Source: Abditibacteriaceae bacterium
Lineage (GTDB): Bacteria; Armatimonadota; Abditibacteriia; Abditibacteriales; Abditibacteriaceae
Assembly: GCA_031425655.1 (NCBI GenBank)
Contig: JANPJS010000034.1
Span: 9,625-73,624 of the forward strand
Length of the DNA: 64,000 bases
Direction: 5' to 3'
The position numbers were made by a program, and so were the translations under genes. Of this stretch, positions 61,266 through 64,000 are shown in pieces; the stretch's first letter is position 1, and every line of letters starts with the position of its first letter. The notes beneath the pieces are model-generated. The model was not told the DNA's origin, did not search any database, and saw only the letters and a program-made list of their open reading frames with translations.

Positions 61266-63875
61266 ATGCCGCGCGGCATTGCTTTCGTCGCGTTGACAGC
61301 GGTTCTGTGCGGCGCGCTGCCGTCATTCGCGCAGCGCCTTCAGCCGACGTTGCCGCGTGACCGGCGCGGCAATGAGCGGGCATCGCAGCCGGTTCCCGTG
61401 GCGCTGCCGTCGGTCAAACCGTTTGCCGGGCGCTACATAATGCTGATGTTGGCCGGTGTAAGCTGGGCCGATTGGGCAGCCATCAGTGGCGGCACGTTCG
61501 GCAGCACGCCGGGTTTGCGGCGTGTGCTGGACGAAGGCGATGTGGCCGCTCTGCGTCTCCCCGGCTCGCTAAAGCGCGAAACGTGGGGCGAACCCTCCAA
61601 CGGCAATAGCGACCTGCTGGCCGAGCGTTCCCGATTTGAGCGCAGCCGCATTTCGCCGCCTTTGCTGCGCGCCGCGGCCACGCTGTCGAGCGGCGAGGCC
61701 ATCGGCTGGCCCAACGCCGCAGCACCTTCGATTTCCCTCAGTGCGGCGGCGACTTTAGGCGTTGGCGAAACGTGGAGCGCCGCTACGCCGGGCTATGAAG
61801 AAGCTTCTCCGGCCTTAGCGTATGCGCGCCGCGTTGCCGGTTGGAAAACGCCCGGCGACGAGCCAAAACCGGGCACGATGGTCAACTTGGCCGGGTCGTT
61901 CTGGCACGGCGGCGAAAGCGCGCGTGAATCGAATTTGCCGCACTTTGGCGCGTTGGGCGATGCTTTGCGCCGCGCCGGTGGCCGCGCTGTGGCCTTCGGC
62001 TCGGCGGATACGAATTTGGTGGCCGCGCGCACGCTGCCTTTGCGCGAATGGGCCTTAGCAGCGTGCGACGGGCGCGGCGTAATCTCCTCCGGCGACGTTT
62101 CCCCCGCGCTTTTAGTCGGCGATGAAAGCGCTCCGTTCGGCGTTCGGCAGAACGGAGCGGCGCTGCTCAGCCACTTGCAAAGCGCGCTGTCCGATCCCGC
62201 AACCGGGCTGGTCACTATCGAATGGGGCGACACGCGCCGCGCCGCGCTTTATGCGCCGCTGTGCGCGCCCGGCGTGGCCCAATCGCACCAAAAGCAGGCT
62301 ATCGAACGCGCCGATGCCTTTGTGCGCGGCGTCATGCGTTTGCTTCAGCCGACTGACCGGCTTTTCGTGCTGAGCGTGCCCGATATTGACAGCGCCCGCG
62401 TGCAGTGGATGCCGGCGGTTTACTGGCAGCCGTCCCTCGTTGGACGAGCCACAACGGGCGTCGGGCAGGTTACAACGGGCCGCTTTTTGATGGCCGGCGC
62501 CGAACACGAAGGTGTGGCGCCGCTCGAAAGCGTGTTTTCCAGCATCATGGCGCGCGTCGGCAGCACCGCCGATATGTTGCCGGCGAATCCGGCTCCGGCG
62601 CTTGGCCCTTCGGATACGCCGCCGGCGACGGCGAGTTACCGCGTCGGGCGTTTGTTGGCGTTGCAATCGGGCTGGGCGTGGTTGGACGCGGCCCGGCCCG
62701 TGGCGCACGGCATCTGGGCCGTCTTCTTTTTCGTTTCGATGGTGATTCTCGTGGTTTTGCTGTCGCACGCTCCGCCGGGCGGCGCTTTCGGCACCGTTTC
62801 GGAAACGCCGGTCGGACATCTGAGCAGCAGCCAAAATTGGGCGCGGGCGTGGTGGAGCGCGACGATGGTGTTGCCGCTGTTGATGTGGCTGGGCGGCCTA
62901 TGTATTGAAGCGACGTGGCGTTTTGGCGCTTTGTCTGGTCTGGCCGGCGCGCCGACCGCGCAATCGAGTTGGCGATTGCCCATTGCGCTGGTGCTTATCG
63001 CCGGGATGATGGTCGGCTTGGCCGGGTTAGCGCGCACCTGGTTCGCACGGGCGCGCTTACGCGGCGTGCGCGTCGGTTTAATCTACTTATTCCTGACAAT
63101 CGTTGGCCTGTTCGTCGGCGGTTTTGCTTTGCCGTGGAATTCGCTGCTCGGCCAGACGGTGCCCGAAGGCGCGACGGCGCGGGCCGGCGACATTTGGGCG
63201 CTGCTGCTGATTTCCGCGACGCTGCTCGGCGTGGGCGGCATGGCGCAGCCCTCGCAGCGTTCGCTATCCGCCCGCACCGAATACAAAAGCAACGATGAAA
63301 GGCCGCGCCGCATTCGCCGCGTTATCAATTTGCGGCCCGCCGCGCTGTGGATGGTCGCGGTTCTGCTGATTTTGTGGATGAGCAGTCTGGGCCGCAACAG
63401 CGGCGCGACTTTAGTGGCTCTCATCGCTTTCGGCACGCTTTGGCTGCGCTTATGGCTCGAACGCTCTCATCGCCCCGAACGGTTGCGCAAGCGCCGTTGG
63501 GTGCTGTCTTTTGCGATTGCGTTTGGCTTTTTGCTGCTCTTGCCGCAAGGAATGCCCGCCATCGAAGACGCTTTGGCCGATTGGTGGCCGCGCTGGCTGG
63601 AAACCTGGAAATTATGGTGGTGGAACCTCGCATTAGTGGCGACTTTGCTCGGTGCCGGCGCGTTTCTCACGACGGCGCGCATCGCTTTGCGTAATTACTT
63701 GCGTGTGCGTTATGCCATGCGCGCCATGTTGGCCGGAGCGATGTTGGCGGCTGTGGCCGCGTTGGTGATTTTTGGCTCTTTCGGCCCGCCGCTGATTGCG
63801 CTTTATACGCTGGGAGCGGTGATTTTTCAGGTTTTAGGCGCGCCGCCCGCGACCGAGCGGCAAACGGAATCTTGA
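61266..63875 (+). CDS. large hypothetical membrane protein (extracytoplasmic N-terminal domain + ~12 TM C-terminal half)
   Basis: The ATG at 61266 gives the signal peptide MPRGIAFVALTAVLCGALPSFAQ; the track start 61125 reads through the hairpin. No family motif recognised. Confidence 0.65.
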   Translation: MPRGIAFVALTAVLCGALPSFAQRLQPTLPRDRRGNERASQPVPVALPSVKPFAGRYIMLMLAGVSWADWAAISGGTFGSTPGLRRVLDEGDVAALRLPGSLKRETWGEPSNGNSDLLAERSRFERSRISPPLLRAAATLSSGEAIGWPNAAAPSISLSAAATLGVGETWSAATPGYEEASPALAYARRVAGWKTPGDEPKPGTMVNLAGSFWHGGESARESNLPHFGALGDALRRAGGRAVAFGSADTNLVAARTLPLREWALAACDGRGVISSGDVSPALLVGDESAPFGVRQNGAALLSHLQSALSDPATGLVTIEWGDTRRAALYAPLCAPGVAQSHQKQAIERADAFVRGVMRLLQPTDRLFVLSVPDIDSARVQWMPAVYWQPSLVGRATTGVGQVTTGRFLMAGAEHEGVAPLESVFSSIMARVGSTADMLPANPAPALGPSDTPPATASYRVGRLLALQSGWAWLDAARPVAHGIWAVFFFVSMVILVVLLSHAPPGGAFGTVSETPVGHLSSSQNWARAWWSATMVLPLLMWLGGLCIEATWRFGALSGLAGAPTAQSSWRLPIALVLIAGMMVGLAGLARTWFARARLRGVRVGLIYLFLTIVGLFVGGFALPWNSLLGQTVPEGATARAGDIWALLLISATLLGVGGMAQPSQRSLSARTEYKSNDERPRRIRRVINLRPAALWMVAVLLILWMSSLGRNSGATLVALIAFGTLWLRLWLERSHRPERLRKRRWVLSFAIAFGFLLLLPQGMPAIEDALADWWPRWLETWKLWWWNLALVATLLGAGAFLTTARIALRNYLRVRYAMRAMLAGAMLAAVAALVIFGSFGPPLIALYTLGAVIFQVLGAPPATERQTES

Positions 63876-63899
63876 TTTTGACGAAGTAGGAGATTCTCG

Positions 63900-64000
63900 A
63901 TGAAAGCGTTAGTGATTGTGGATGTGCAGAACGATTTTTGTCCCGGCGGCGCCTTAGCGGTCGCTGATGGCGACTTGGTGGTGCCGATTATCAATCGCGT
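63900..64000 (+). CDS. isochorismatase-family hydrolase, nicotinamidase-like (5' part; continues beyond window)
   Basis: My translation from the ATG at 63900 (gtaggag upstream) is MKALVIVDVQNDFCPGGALAVADGDLVVPIINR, the typical PncA N-terminus. It is not in the ORF track because no stop lies in the window. Confidence 0.7.
   Translation, partial: MKALVIVDVQNDFCPGGALAVADGDLVVPIINR

Noticed and set aside
1-64000. Prophage, integrative element, integron or transposon explaining the cassettes; tRNA, tmRNA or rRNA genes.
   Set aside because: I found no integrase, transposase, recombinase, phage structural or attC-like features in any frame. No cloverleaf-like or rRNA-like stretches were seen in the intergenic regions. 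A sensitive HMM or tRNAscan run is still advisable.

Overview
A 64-kb stretch of a fairly GC-rich bacterial chromosome (about 55-65 % GC by eye). No rRNA, tRNA, CRISPR array, integrase or transposase was recognised. The DUF1559 prepilin-like protein and the many secreted glycosidases suggest a Planctomycetota, Verrucomicrobiota or Armatimonadota-type organism, but this is only an inference.

Housekeeping blocks: murG, aroB, frr-uppS-(cdsA-like)-dxr-rseP-ispG, ftsEX, a cold-shock gene, glgA and icd.

Carbohydrate-utilisation region: an NHL/GH-A/discoidin protein, a GH78 rhamnosidase, a 4-gene sugar ABC transporter, a GH-A+SGNH esterase, a GH2 enzyme and a DUF4091 protein.

Accessory content:
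- A PstI/BsuBI-like type II R-M pair. By my own scan the window holds only 2 CTGCAG sites against roughly 20 expected.
- A decayed variable zone at 19.3-22.9 kb, with a GH78 3' remnant, a chimeric ORF and a frameshifted vapC.
- An orphan Mpa/ARC-type AAA ATPase.
- A Uma2 endonuclease.
- A 161-bp MITE-like insert with 17-bp terminal inverted repeats and an 11-bp target duplication.

Two signals are the most unusual:
1. Three small, lower-GC cassettes sit at about 19.3-20.4 kb, 20.8-21.5 kb and 31.1-31.5 kb. Each is bracketed by a direct duplication of the terminus of the host gene it sits in. No recombinase is in view.
2. More than a dozen long intergenic or intercistronic hairpins have arms built from short tandem words. 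Each has a different sequence, and several supply stop codons or C-terminal residues to the adjacent gene.

All functional calls rest on motifs I could read in the translations. No database search was run.
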